Part shown: in pieces, positions 12,912 through 25,789 of the stretch
Layout: each line of letters opens with the position of its first letter
Position numbering within the stretch: the first letter of the stretch is position 1
From: Octopus sinensis
Lineage: Eukaryota
Direction: 5' to 3'
Assembly: GCF_006345805.1 (NCBI RefSeq)
Contig: NC_043006.1
Coordinates: 42,904,001-42,968,000 of the forward strand
DNA: 64,000 nt
The notes under the pieces: model-generated
What the model was told of the DNA's origin: nothing
The model's database searches: none
What the model saw: the letters and a program-made list of their open reading frames with translations, nothing else
Program-made: the position numbers and the translations under genes

Positions 12912-13105
12912 ATGAAAAAATGCTATGAAAATGACTGGCCAGATAACTGAAGAGATGATGGTGTGGATTTCCACCTCAGCATCCGAAACTCAGAGTTTTA
13001 TCATGGCTACCAAATAATTGTCACATATTACTTCTACAGATAAATTCCTCTATTTACAAAATATCGAGGTCTCTTTCATTCTTTTGTTGTCTTACCATTT
13101 TTATC
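12912..13105 (+). mobile_element. Small element between CA/TA tracts carrying a type I hammerhead fold (Penelope pLTR/retrozyme-like)
   Basis: tggcca-gataa CTGAAGA gatg...catc c GAAA ctc a gag T T ttatc a tggcta at 12936-13009. Confidence 0.6.
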
Positions 13106-13115
13106 AATATATATA

Positions 13116-13745
13116 TACAGGATGCGATAGGTAAATTCTCTCCATTTTATGATTTTCATTTCATGCATGCACGTTGTATGTTTTTGATTTTGTCAACTAC
13201 ACAGTATAGTAGGGTCAGTTGGGCGCCATCTTTGAGAAAAACACCACTATGAGGTAATTCACCCTGCCAGAAATTTGGAAATGATATGCTGTATTGTCTG
13301 GCATTCACACCAGAAGCTTCAATACGAACATTTCAGAGTGTTTGGATGTCAATCTGAGACAGTGCAATCTGAGGATATGTACCAAGAGTGATAAAAATCA
13401 AACATCCAGTCAACATCATGGTGTTTGGAGTGATCACTAGAGCTGGCGATGTTATGCCTCCATTCATCTTCCCACACAGCCTCACACTCAACATGGAGGC
13501 CTACATCAAGTGCCTGGAGGTGGTAATGCTGCCCTGGATAAAGAGGGTGGCTGCTGGAAGATCCTATGTCTGGCAACAGGACTCTGCACCATGTCACACA
13601 AGCAGGAAAACCCAGTCATTGCTTTCAGACAATTTCTGCGACCATATCACCCCTAACATCTGGCCACCTAACTCCCCAAACTGCAACCCCCTTGATTATT
13701 ATGTGTGGGGTGCAGTTGAGCAAGAGAGCAACAAAACTCCTTGTT
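13116..13745 (+). mobile_element. Internally deleted Tc1/mariner-superfamily maT (DD37D) transposon remnant
   Basis: ORF 13388-13843 contains KHPVNIMVFG, WQQDSAPCH and WPPNSPNCNPLDYYVWG, with 37 residues between the last two catalytic-position Asp. TA-cag terminus at 13116. Confidence 0.85.
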
Positions 13746-14048
13746 TATGTTTAAGTGTATCTTTCAAATGTCTTCACTTTGGCACACTGAGATTGGAAAT
13801 TTTTCTGCAGTTAATAAATCACAGCAGTCAATTTACCAGTTAGAGAACATTTTTTTATTTAAAATTAAATAAGGGTAGAAATTGATATTAATCAATTAAA
13901 ACCAGTGGCTTAGCATATTTTTTTTAAATCTGAAGATTAAAAATTTCCACTGTCAGGGTATATTTCTGTTGGACCTACTTCAGGAACTCTGCAGTGTTAG
14001 TTGTATCTGTGTGTGTGTGTATGTATATATATATATATATATATATAT

Positions 14049-14711
14049 AAGGCTCCTCTTCCAAAATTCACTTGTCCATGACAAAAGATACTCCTCCACT
14101 ACTGTTCTGACGTCATCTACAGAATTCATGTTTTTTTCTCTCCAAATAATTTTGAAGATTGCAAAATAAATGATAATCAGATGGGGAAATGTCTGGTGAA
14201 TATGGTGGGTAGGACATCGTTTCCCATTCAAACTTTTCAAGCCTTTTGAATGCCATCCTCACTGTATGTGGCCGAGCATTATGCTAATGAAATAACTCCT
14301 TTCATCTTGAAACCAAAGATGGTCGTTTTTCGTCTAGCGCTGACTGGAATAACTGGTTGAATTACCAAATCCAAGCTTCTTTTCTACTAGTTCCTCAACA
14401 GTTACGATGGGATTTTGTTCCAACAGGGTTTGTAAGATGTCCTTGTCGAGCTCTACATATCTTCAAGGATATACTGCATAAATATTTCTCGCACTTTCTG
14501 TTGTGTTGCTGCCTTTATTGAACTCATAAAGCAAAATGTGCCAAATATGATCCCTTGTTACTTTCATTATAGCTTTGAAAAAATAACTGTTAAAATCGAA
14601 CTGCACTCTACCTGCTTTTATAACAAGTTCATACAGGTAGTTTATTCCATTCCCCTCCAACTTTTAGTTCATGCAACTGAAAAACCCACATTATTTATAG
14701 GATGACCCAAT
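14049..14711 (-). mobile_element. Degraded, internally deleted mariner (DD34D) element
   Basis: N-terminal MKVTRDHIWHILLYEFNKGSNTTESARNIYAVY; C-terminal remnants HNARPHT and PPYSPDISPSDY; terminal attgggtcatcc. Confidence 0.8.
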
Positions 14712-15034
14712 GTATATATATGTATACATATTTATGTATGTATGTATGTATGTATGCATGTATGTATGTATGTATGAAGGAATCCCAGTTTTGGTAAATT
14801 ACTATTTTTATAAACATATGTTTAAATGTGTTTATAAATGTTTGTGTGTGTGTGTGTATACATACATACATATATATATATATACATACACATATACAGA
14901 TAAATAGATACACACATAAAAAGATTTATAAACATGCACATACACAAAGATATATACATGTGCATATATATATGTATATGTGTGTATCTATACATATACT
15001 TGTATTTATTAAATATTATATATATATATGTATG

Positions 15035-15069
<35 letters not shown>

Positions 15070-15111
15070 ATACGTATGCTCACATACCAAACACACACAC
15101 ACACGCACACG

Positions 15112-15182
<71 letters not shown>

Positions 15183-15515
15183 GTGTGCAGGTGTGTTTCT
15201 ACTTGGCCTTTAATATTTTTTCTGCAATGCTGGTTCTGCAAATTTAGATATTTACCAGAATTGTTGGATCAAGCATTTTACGGATGAATGCTCCTTCCTA
15301 CATACAACCACTCAACTATAAAACAGAAGTTGTACCTATTTGGAAATAAGTGGAGTGAGGCGTAAGGTAATATATTAAAAATTGCACAACATTCATTTAT
15401 ATATCAACTGACTCTATTTTTCTTTAATAAAAGACGAAATGCATTCATCAAGATTTTCTATATATATATTGTTCTATATTTATACTGAACACACACACAC
15501 AAACACACACACACA

Positions 15516-15585
<70 letters not shown>

Positions 15586-15599
15586 ACTGTCTCTGTTTT

Positions 15600-15630
<31 letters not shown>

Positions 15631-15783
15631 TGGTCTCTTTCTCTCTTTCTCATGTTTATATGTATAAATATATTTCATCATCATCATCATCAGTTAATGT
15701 CTATTGTCCATGCTGACATGGAATATAAAGGTGAATATATATATATATATTATATATATATATATTGTGAATTCTCCCTACAC

Positions 15784-15863
<80 letters not shown>

Positions 15864-15864
<1 letters not shown>

Positions 15865-15980
15865 CACCATCACGTGACCGACCAGTCCATCAGATGTAGT
15901 TACACATCGCTGGTCACAATGCGTTCGCATTGTTTTAGCCTTCGAATGACGCCACCCCGCTGGCTAAACGAGCAGGCCAA
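15864..15980 (-). mobile_element. Short fragment of a further dispersed repeat embedded in TA tract
   Basis: GC-richer 115-bp island with caatgcgttcgcattg hairpin between TA tracts; recognised as the 3' piece of a cephalopod SINE (inference). Confidence 0.45.
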
Positions 15981-16019
15981 TATATACATATATATATACA
16001 CATATACATACATATATGT

Positions 16020-16030
16020 ATATATATGAA

Positions 16031-16074
<44 letters not shown>

Positions 16075-16386
16075 CATACACACTACACTCACAAACACAT
16101 ATATGGGTCTATGAATATATGTGTGTGTGTATATATATATATATCTATTTATGCTTAGATACATATCAGCATACATGTACATACATAATTTATATATGCT
16201 CATGTATATGAATATTTATATGCATATGTATATATATATGTGTGTGTATGTGTGTGTGTGTGTATACATATTATATATATACATACATATTCATATATAT
16301 TTATACATAGATATATATGTGCACACAATGTGCATATGTGCATGTATATGAATATTTATATACATATGTATATGTATATTTATATT

Positions 16387-16446
<60 letters not shown>

Positions 16447-16488
16447 TATACATATATATATTACATATAAATACATATATATATATAC

Positions 16489-16546
<58 letters not shown>

Positions 16547-16551
16547 TACAC

Positions 16552-16585
<34 letters not shown>

Positions 16586-16620
16586 CATATATATATATAT
16601 ATAAATATATATAAATATAT
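16020..16620. repeat. Compound (TA)n/(TACA)n microsatellite
   Basis: Directly visible. Confidence 0.95.
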
Positions 16621-17194
16621 ATGGATAGATAAAGTTATAGATGTGTGTGTATTAACGGTGATTGATCAAAAGTTCCTTGTTTGAGCTTGAAGCCCATATC
16701 TAACACAACAGTATTCTGTTTTTTTTTACTTCTTTCTTCTTTTTTCATGGCTCAAGGCATTATTTATGCGCTCAAAAATCTGTAAATTGCAGATGTGTAG
16801 TTTTTACATTTTTTTAAACAGGACTAGATCTTTATTCATCTTATATTTTCGTTGATTCTTATCCAAATTGGTATAGATACAGAAAGCCTCAATATCAAGA
16901 AATAATCTAACAAGGAATTTCCAACACAAGAAAGAAATATGGATTCAGGGATTTATATCAATGCCAATGGTGTCCTCTATATTCTACAGCGGCTAGCAAT
17001 GTCACAGAAACCTCTTGTGGCAGAGATTGAGAGCAAGAACAATTTTTATACTTTGCCCAGCTTTTTTAGACACACACACACAGACACACACACACACATA
17101 TACACACATGCACGCACATATGCATACATATGGGTGTGTCTGTATAAATCTGTATACATATATATATTTGCATATATCTGTGTGTGGGTATATA

Positions 17195-17585
17195 TACGAT
17201 GCCTGATCAAAAGAGTATTGGGGGTGTTGTTACAGTAACGGAACTGATGTACGCAGAGTGAAGTTGCTTGGTACAGATTGACCCTAGATTCTGTTGTGCA
17301 TGCACACTAAGTTATAATGTCCTTATTCACTTCTGTTCTCTATAACAGTGCTTGGAAGTAAAGCGTGTAGAGTGTGGTCATCTCAAATAGAAGATCAGGT
17401 CTCAGCTGCACAGGATCTCCTTGACTATATCGAGGGAGACAAAAACTTTTTGGAAACAATCATAGCAGGTAATGAATCGTGGGTTTATAGCCATGAACCC
17501 AAAACCAAGGCTCAGTGTTCACAATGGAAGATCTTGACATGATTTCAAGAGATTAAGGAAATCTAAGAGAATGTGACTCCTGCAG
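17195..17585 (+). mobile_element. Mariner remnant with internal deletions
   Basis: DKNFLETIIAGNESWVYSHEPKTKAQCSQWK resembles the mariner TGDE.WV motif; RFQEIKEI*ENVT is a C-terminal remnant; tacgatgcctgatcaaaag terminus. Confidence 0.75.
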
Positions 17586-19177
17586 GGTAATTTGTACACC
17601 ATGAAGCTCAGCATGATTCGAGAAGATAACTTTGACTTACCTTTAGACACTGAATGAGAATGGGCACAAATTCTGAGCAAGCTGTTTCTTGTTAGTTGTG
17701 ATTTCATTGCTTCACATTTTTTGTAGTGCCTAGTCCAGAACAATCATCATTTTAAACTCAGGCATTCATAAAAAAAAACCCATTAAATTTTGCCATGTAG
17801 ACTCAATTAAGTTTTTTTAATGAAATGTATTTTAATAAACACTGAGTTTATAATCATTCGGTGTGTGTATAGATTTTTGGGAGGACACCCTGTGTATATG
17901 AGCAGGACTTTTGTTCAGTTTTCATCAACCAAATTGTCTTCACACAATAGCAGTTATCCCAAAGCTGCAGTAAAAGATCCTTTCCCTCCAGATGTCATAC
18001 AATAAGGCCAAACATGAAACTACCTGACTATAAAACAAACTTCTTAATCGCAAATCCATGCCTGTAAGCTTATTATCAATGGTGTTCATTCCAGCAGTGT
18101 TTGCAGTTAATGAGATTTTTTTTTTTTTAAATGGGATTATATTGTTGATAAATATTTCCGAGGCAAACATGTCTTTAATTCATCTCACAGCAAAAACCTG
18201 TACTTGTTGCAGTTTTATTTCCAGTTAAATCCATACTAACAAAGACCATCTCTAGCTTACCAATCCTGATGGTTATATTCATTTGCCCTGAGGATTAGCT
18301 ATGGAAGAGATAAAATTTCTTCTCTATGAATTTTATAAATATAAGCAAGGTTTGTGCTCTTATATTTATGGAATTAGAAAGGTAAAACAGATAGATCGAC
18401 TTTCGTTTTTTCCCATGGTTTTCATGTAAATATGGATTGGAGGAAAATCAAAATATCATTTCAAGCATGGATTTTTACATCCAAATAAATTAAGTACTGA
18501 ATTCCTTTGATACCAAAAATTTTCAATCTGCTATTTAATAACAGTGGTATTAATCTTTTCAGTTAATTAACTAATCATACATGTTCTAACTTAGTAATGG
18601 AGCTAATTACCCACAAACATTATATCACTGACTAATGGTTAAAATCTGTGTTAAAGTTTGGGATTAGATTAATCTAGAAAACCTAGTCTAAAGCAATTTT
18701 CTTGTGACATATCCAGCAAAGACTGAGAAACTTATGAGAACAATGACTCAAAAACTAAACAAGACACAATGCTCAATATAATGAACTAAACCTTTAAAGG
18801 CAATGCCCCAGCATGGCCAAAGTTCAGTAAGTTAATCAAGTAAAAAGACTATAAGAATATGTATATATTTAAGACCCTAGAGTTATGTTTTTAGCATTTA
18901 CTAAAATAAGTGCTAATTTCATAATTGGATTTATGTTCATTTATACATTTTAATTTATACATATTGTAATTCTTCGCATCATTTCGTATGTCATCTATAA
19001 ATTTACATTTCTTCATCTTCATAGTTCTTCATCTAGATTACCAAATATTTCACTTTCAATTTTGTACTAGTGAACTTAGCTCTCAAAGAGAAACTCGTTC
19101 ATAATCTTTTGATCTGGTCATACAAATTCAAAGTAACTTTTTGCATATATTAGGAGATGGATAACTAATTCAAAGGC

Positions 19178-19210
<33 letters not shown>

Positions 19211-19883
19211 GTGTTTATAAGTGTGTGTATATATATATGGTTCAAAATTGTATAAAATTCAAAAACAAATGCAGAGACAGGTGAGAGAACAACAAACATG
19301 TATATACTTATGCATGTATATATGTATGGACATATGTATGTAGATATGTACATAAATATCTACATATGTATGTACTTATGTACATAAATATCTACATATG
19401 TATGTATGTATGTATTTATGTATGTATGTATGTATGTATGTACTTATTTATATACATATGTATGCGTATCCTTTTCTATAAATTGTTTTCATGCTCCACT
19501 TTGATTTTCACTATGTATAATGTACACATGCATGTATATATATATATATATGCATAGAAATTAAATATAAATTACAAAATGGAACAAGAACGCAAAAACA
19601 CACAAAGAGACAACACAAAAAACAGACGGGTCATTCGAAGCCTCTAATCTTCAGTCGGGAACCGGATCATCTTAGCAATTTCGGCTGATATATATATACA
19701 TATAATGGACATATGTATGTATATACAATATACAAATGTACGCATGTATAATGTATGTATGACTTATATATATATATATGTTACTAGTTTTATTTCTAGA
19801 TTTCTTACCAATGTAGAAAGAGTCAGTTTCTAATCTAGATCCAATACTCTTTCATTGGAATTTCCACATCAACAGGATAGTTG

Positions 19884-19915
<32 letters not shown>

Positions 19916-20289
19916 TGTATGTATGTATGTATGTATGTATGTATGTATGTATGTATGTATGTATGTATGTATGTATGTATGTATGTATTATGTATGTATG
20001 TATGCATGTATGTATATGTGCAAGTATTTGGAGTTAGTGCACGTACTGATCTGTATGTTTTGTTTTATGTATGTGTATTCATACATAAAGTTGTGTGTCT
20101 AGACGTGCATGTATGTGCATATGTGCACGTATGCTAAACTTTTAGAAAGTTTTACAGTTTCATTGGTAGATTGTATCTGTAGTCTTCTAATTAACTTTCT
20201 CCTTTATGGTTTTAAGAACTCTAATTACTCAAGACTGGTGCTGATGTAGTTAGTTACTAAATCTAGTAACTTAAAGTTAGTAACTAAAG

Positions 20290-20860
20290 CTATGAATGTA
20301 AAACTAGCCAAAAGAAATTTCTTTCAACAGATTAATACCAAGCCAATTTCAGTATCAATTTTCCAAAACCTCCTGTTTAACAATTCTGGATCTCAGCCAA
20401 TTCCTATCCTATATCAACTGAAAAAAATTTGCTTACCTCTTATAATCCATAATACTAGTTCCTGCAACTGTAGAAACACATTTAACTGTCCATCCAATAA
20501 CAAGGGTTTCTCACAAAAACACAAACACTGGGCTAACATCATTACACACTCTTCTAATAAAGAATACTTCAGTCTAACATGTAAGAACTATTCACCACTT
20601 TAATCAACATCTATACTCATTCAGAAAAAAACAACACAAGTTTGGCTATATAATTAGCCAACTACATCTGGAACACCCCATACTGTATTACCTAGAAAAT
20701 CTTTGACAGAGCAAAACCTGACATCTTAAGCTCCAAATCCTGCCTTCCCTACATAGTAGAGAAGTCAAACCTTTACGACAATGTATCCTTATTACGAAAA
20801 CAGAATTAGAATCATTCTATAGACAAAGAAAGTACTCCTTCTTAAGAAACATCTTAAACC
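20290..20860 (+). pseudogene. Decayed Penelope-like element, GIY-YIG endonuclease region
   Basis: Frameshifted motifs in the expected order: SCNCRNTFNCP, KEYFSLT, FNQHLYSFR, LANYIWN, KIFDRAKP. Confidence 0.6.
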
Positions 20861-21324
20861 CATCTGGATAACCCCACCTGACTCACAACCAGCACTGGAT
20901 TAACCAATAAGCAAAAATAAGCACGTGCTTAGGGCACCAAGGGTAGGGGAGCACCAGAGAAATTGTAAATGGTTTACAGCACAAAAGAAATCACTTTAAA
21001 CTTGCTAAAATAATATTCAGGATGCCTTATCTCTACTAAGTATAGAAGCAGATGTGTTATGTAAGATTAATTCTGGAGATCTGATCATAGACTGCAATTA
21101 AAAAAAGTGGAAGAAAACTTTTCAAATATAAGTAAAGCGGAAGCATACAAAAATAAACATTATTTTACATCTTACTGTTAGCTTTGTTTCATTTTGAAAA
21201 ATAAAAATTTATTTTATGGTTTATTATTGTTTATATTTTGAATTATATATGAGGGTACCAAAATCTTTTAAGTGTTCGGGTCTTCCATGGGTTTCAATCT
21301 GGCTCTGCTCACAACTACACACAT

Positions 21325-21718
21325 ACCCTTTTACTCTTTTACTTGCTTCAGTCATTTGACTGCGGCCATGCTGGAGCACCGCTTTTAGTCGAGCAAATCG
21401 ACCCTAGGACTAATTCTTTGTAAGCCTAGTACTTATTCTATCAGTCCCTTTTGCCGAACCGCTAAGTTATGGGGGACACAAACACACCACCATCAGTTGT
21501 CAAGCGATGTTGGGGGGGGGGTGACAAACACACACATATATATATACATATACATATATACGACGGGCTTCTTTCAGTTTCTGCCTACCAAATCCACTCA
21601 CAAGGCTTTGGTCGGCCCAAAGCTATAGTAGAAGACACTTGCCCAAGGTGCCATGCAGTGGGACTGAACCCAGAACCATGTGGTTGGTAAGCAAGCTACT
21701 TACCACACAGCCACTCCT
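21325..21718 (-). mobile_element. Full-length family A SINE
   Basis: Tail tactctttt acttgcttcagtcatttgactgcggcc through head accacacagccactcctg. Confidence 0.9.
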
Positions 21719-22344
21719 GGAATCCAAATATTTTCAGACTGTCGAAATAGACAGAAATATTACCAGTCTGTCCAAATATCCAAATATTATCAGACTGTCC
21801 AAACGGACAGGAAAAGGAGTAATGGAATAGTTAAAAATGGAATAGTTAATAAAATGCAGACAGTTTTAGGCTTCTATACTTGTTCATCACCATGGTGAAG
21901 AAAGAAGAATTTAGTATAAAACTCTACTTCGTCTTCATAACAGTAATATTTGGCAGGAGGGCTGGGATTTGTCAGTTTGAAAATAAACACACATTAACTA
22001 ACACACAGACACACGCATGCACATATACGCACGCGTGCACACACACACACATACACAGACGTATGCGTGCACGTGAAAGATGAAACTTCTCGCATAATTT
22101 TGAGATTCACGTCTCTACTCTTCGAACAAAATTTGAGAAATGAAATCGGAAACTGTAAATATAAATATTCAAACAGTGAAAATAAAAAGAAATCAGTTGA
22201 TTGAGAGTGTGTGTAATGATAAAATCAAATGAAAACTAAATGAATGAAAATCAATAATGAATAAAGAGCAGTGTAATTTGATCTTGCGCATTGTAGATAT
22301 TCACAAAAGATCACTTACACTCAATTACCATGAAAATATTCTTT

Positions 22345-22556
22345 TCTGCTCTTGGCACAAGGCCCGAAATTTTGGGGGAGGTGTCCAGTCGATTAGATCA
22401 ACCCCAGTACGCAACTGGTACTTAATTTACTGACCCCAAAAGGTTGAAAGACAAAGTCGACCTTGGCAGAATTTGAACTCAGAACGTAAAGACAGATGAA
22501 ATACCACTAAGCATTTCACCCGGCGTGCTAACGTTTCTGCCAGCTCGCCACCTTAA
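22345..22556 (-). mobile_element. Family B tRNA-derived SINE
   Basis: Reverse complement of aaggtggcgagctggcagaaacgttagcacgccggg...gagttcaaattctgccaaggtcgactttg; at least 10 copies in the window (e.g. 27030, 35600, 37635, 47305, 47980, 51370, 63545). Confidence 0.85.
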
Positions 22557-23594
22557 TTGCCATGAAAATATTACCATAATGAGAAGCTCACTTTACAACT
22601 GTGTTTTTTTCAGGTTCAGTCCCGCTGCATGGCACCTCAGGTAAGTGTATTTTATGATAATCGCAGACTGACTAATGCCTTATGAGTGACTTTTGGTAAG
22701 CATAAGCTGTGTGGAAGCCCATCGTGCGTGTTTGTGTATGTGTGTGTGTGTGTGTGTGGTGTGTGTGTGCACGCATGCATTTGTGTATGTAACTCTCTCC
22801 ACTTGATCATTGTTGGTTTGTTCATGTCCCCTTAATTTAACCTTTCAGTAAAAGAAACTGATAGAATAAGATCCAGATTTCAAAACACATGCTAGGGTTT
22901 ATCATTTTGATTAAACCCATAAAGGCGGTACTCCAGCATGGCCACAGACCAATGAGTGAAACAAGTGAAGACAATAAAGCAAGGAAAAGTGAAAGCAAGT
23001 TATAGAATATAAGAACAAAATAATTGTTAACTTTTAAAACGTGCTTAGAAGTCGCTATCCATTCCCTATGTTACATAGAATAAACAGTCTACACCACCAG
23101 AAAAGAAATAGAAATAACCAAAGAGAAAGAACACCAAAAAGCTAAACCGAAAGTGAAAAGAGATTATAGAATATGTTTTGGTTCTAGAAACTTCTCGTTG
23201 AAAATTTCTGCAGTGGCTGTTTATTTTGAAAATTACTTAGCAGATATTTTGGTGGCTGCATGTAGTTACGACTAATATTGTTTCTTGGATTCAAACTGTT
23301 TTTGTCCTGTAATATCGTTTCAGCCAAGCAAAATCTTTACAGTTTATCCAAGTTAACAGCTAAGTTTACTGCTGTTGTTACCGAGCTTGTAAGTTTGTAA
23401 GTAGGTGTAAAAGTAAAAATAGACAAAGTTATATTAAAAGAACTCTCACAAGTTTCTCTCGAAAGAGCGATTAGAAAATGTATTGTTTGGGTAGATTAAT
23501 GTATTTATATTTACAAAAGTAATACATATGAATATATCACCATATACTTGTATACTTGTCTGTTCAAACATAATAATAATAATAATACGAACAT

Positions 23595-24085
23595 AACATT
23601 AATAAATGCCCTTGGTATGATAAGAAAGGAATATCAGAAACATCTAGATAATATCCCAGGAGAACCATGTCTCAGAGAAATATGAAAGATTGTGCTACCA
23701 AATACTGCCCACATCTTTAGAAAAACCCTATCAATTGAAATGTGTGTGTTGTATTACATGAAGACATTTTGCTACTGCCCCTTCCACTTGCCCTCTCCAA
23801 GGTTTCAGTCATATTGTAACATCTCATCCTTCACCTGCCCTAGGACGCTTGATGTGTCTCAGCGAGTGATTGTAACAAACATGCAGATTAAAAGTAAATA
23901 ATAATAATAATAATAATAATATCCTTCTCTAGGTCTTTCTTCCCCTTTTTCTCTATCACATGACTTTGTAAATGAACAATATCGTGTGTTTATTTTAATG
24001 CCCTGCAAATGTATTCAGTAGTTTCTCTGCCCTAGGTGTCAAGAAGACACTCGGCGAGAAGTAGAAACAGAATTGAAAGAAGACA
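23595..24085 (+). mobile_element. Two stacked Dong/R4-type non-LTR retrotransposon 3' ends in (TAA)n
   Basis: First piece has ALGMIRK...KIVLPNTAHIFRKTLS followed by a UTR and (AAT)n; second piece is the same 3' UTR as 40720-40860. Confidence 0.7.
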
Positions 24086-24086
24086 A

Positions 24087-24142
<56 letters not shown>

Positions 24143-24670
24143 TATTATACATCTCCCATTCCTTTTATCCGTTCACTTCCTTCATATGTTTTCCCTTTCA
24201 TCTTCATTCTTTCGTCCACACCCCATCTGACATATATAATGCCATGCATAATACGTGGCCCTTTACCTACGACACGAATGCAAAAAATATTTATATAGTG
24301 CAAGTGCAAACCCAAAGACAAAAACCAGGTGCTGAGTTGTAATCGAGAGAATATCATTTGGAACAACCCCAGTTGATCCCAATTATTTTCAACTAATGAA
24401 ATTACTCTCAACTATTCGCTCTTGGATCGGTCTGCAGTCACACTGCCATACACACACACACCTACAGATAAACTCAAAGGTTTCGCTATTATTGGTTGAC
24501 AGTATCAAATAACGCAACAACACCGAATAACCGAATAACCCAATAACCCAATAACACAAAACAGCATCCAATAGCGCTGTTAATGACATTGTCTTCATCA
24601 GTGTTGCTATCATTATTATTCATTACATTTTCATAATATATTGTCTCCGAATTTCATTGATAATTTTCGA

Positions 24671-24725
<55 letters not shown>

Positions 24726-25069
24726 TTGGTGGGGTTTCGAATATTTAATTTTGCCTCTTCGATTAATCTCTTTCAGTTCTATTAACACACAAACAGGACA
24801 ACAAACACAGTCACACAAAGACATACATACACGAATGATTATTACAGACAAATAAAGAGAAAGATATAGAGAGCAAGCATACAACAAACATATAAAAATC
24901 AACAGATATTGATGAAAACTCGGCACACATGAGCATACATAGACTCACACATACAAGAACAACAACAACAACAACAACAGCAAGCCAATGAAATTGCTTT
25001 ATATGGTCAGTCAACCAGTTAGAAATAGTAGCCAAATCTCCTTCAAATTACTTTACAGTTTATTGAATT

Positions 25070-25275
25070 CTTTTATTCGTTTCAGTCATTTTGACTGCGG
25101 CCATTCTGGAGCACCGCCTTTAGTCGAGCAAATCGACCCCAGGGCTTATTCTTTGTAAGCCTAGTACTTATTCTATTGGTCTCTTTTGCCAAACCACTAA
25201 GTTACGGGGATGTAAACACACCAGCATCGGCTGTCAAGCGACATTGGGGAACAAACACACACAAACATATACACA

Positions 25276-25337
<62 letters not shown>

Positions 25338-25503
25338 TACGACAGGCTTCTTTCAGTTTCCGTCTACCAAATCCACTCACAAGGCTTAGGTCGGCCTGAG
25401 GCTATAGTAGAAGACACTTGCCCAAGGTGCCACGCAGTGAGACTGAACTTGGAACCATGTGGCTGGTAAGCGAGCTACTTACCACACAGCCGCTCCTGCG
25501 CCT
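25070..25503 (-). mobile_element. Full-length family A SINE abutting a U6 copy
   Basis: Head aggcgcaggagcggctgtgtggtaag begins 3 nt after the U6 oligo-T. Confidence 0.9.
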
Positions 25504-25506
25504 TTG

Positions 25507-25556
25507 AAAAATATGGAACGCTTCATGAATTTGCATGCTATCCTTGTGCAGGGGCC

Positions 25557-25589
<33 letters not shown>

Positions 25590-25613
25590 AATATGTACCG
25601 CTGTAGCTTGTAC
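25507..25613 (-). ncRNA. U6: Full-length (107 nt) U6 snRNA copy, probably a retro-pseudogene
   Basis: gtacaagctacagcggtac atattctaaaattggaacg atACAGAGAagattagcatggcccctgcacaaggatagcatgcaaattcatgaagcgttccatattttt. ACAGAGA box intact; several substitutions in the ISL/3' stem; no clear TATA at -30. Confidence 0.92.
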
Positions 25614-25789
25614 ATATGTATATGTATACGAGGCAATGAGGGAGGCTTCTACACGGCACCTAGATCCGTCGGAAATAGTAGCCAAATCTATAGGATAATT
25701 AAGCTAAAGTTAATCATGAAGCATATGATATCGATATTGACTTTGGTATAAGGTACCACAGACAGACTGGCAACTGGCGAAGCATTGGT

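Noticed and set aside
13925-13995. CTGAAGA ... ggaactc hammerhead-like order
   Set aside because: No GAAA and no closable stems.
19560-19870. Two TA-embedded islands with CTGAAGA/GAAA-like words on the minus strand
   Set aside because: Stems cannot be formed in these copies; may be decayed relatives.
24570-24612. Minus-strand CTGATGA a gac-aat-gtc
   Set aside because: Not followed by GAAA.
25613-25690. Functional U6 promoter
   Set aside because: No convincing TATA at about -30 or recognisable PSE; substitutions in the ISL favour a pseudogene.
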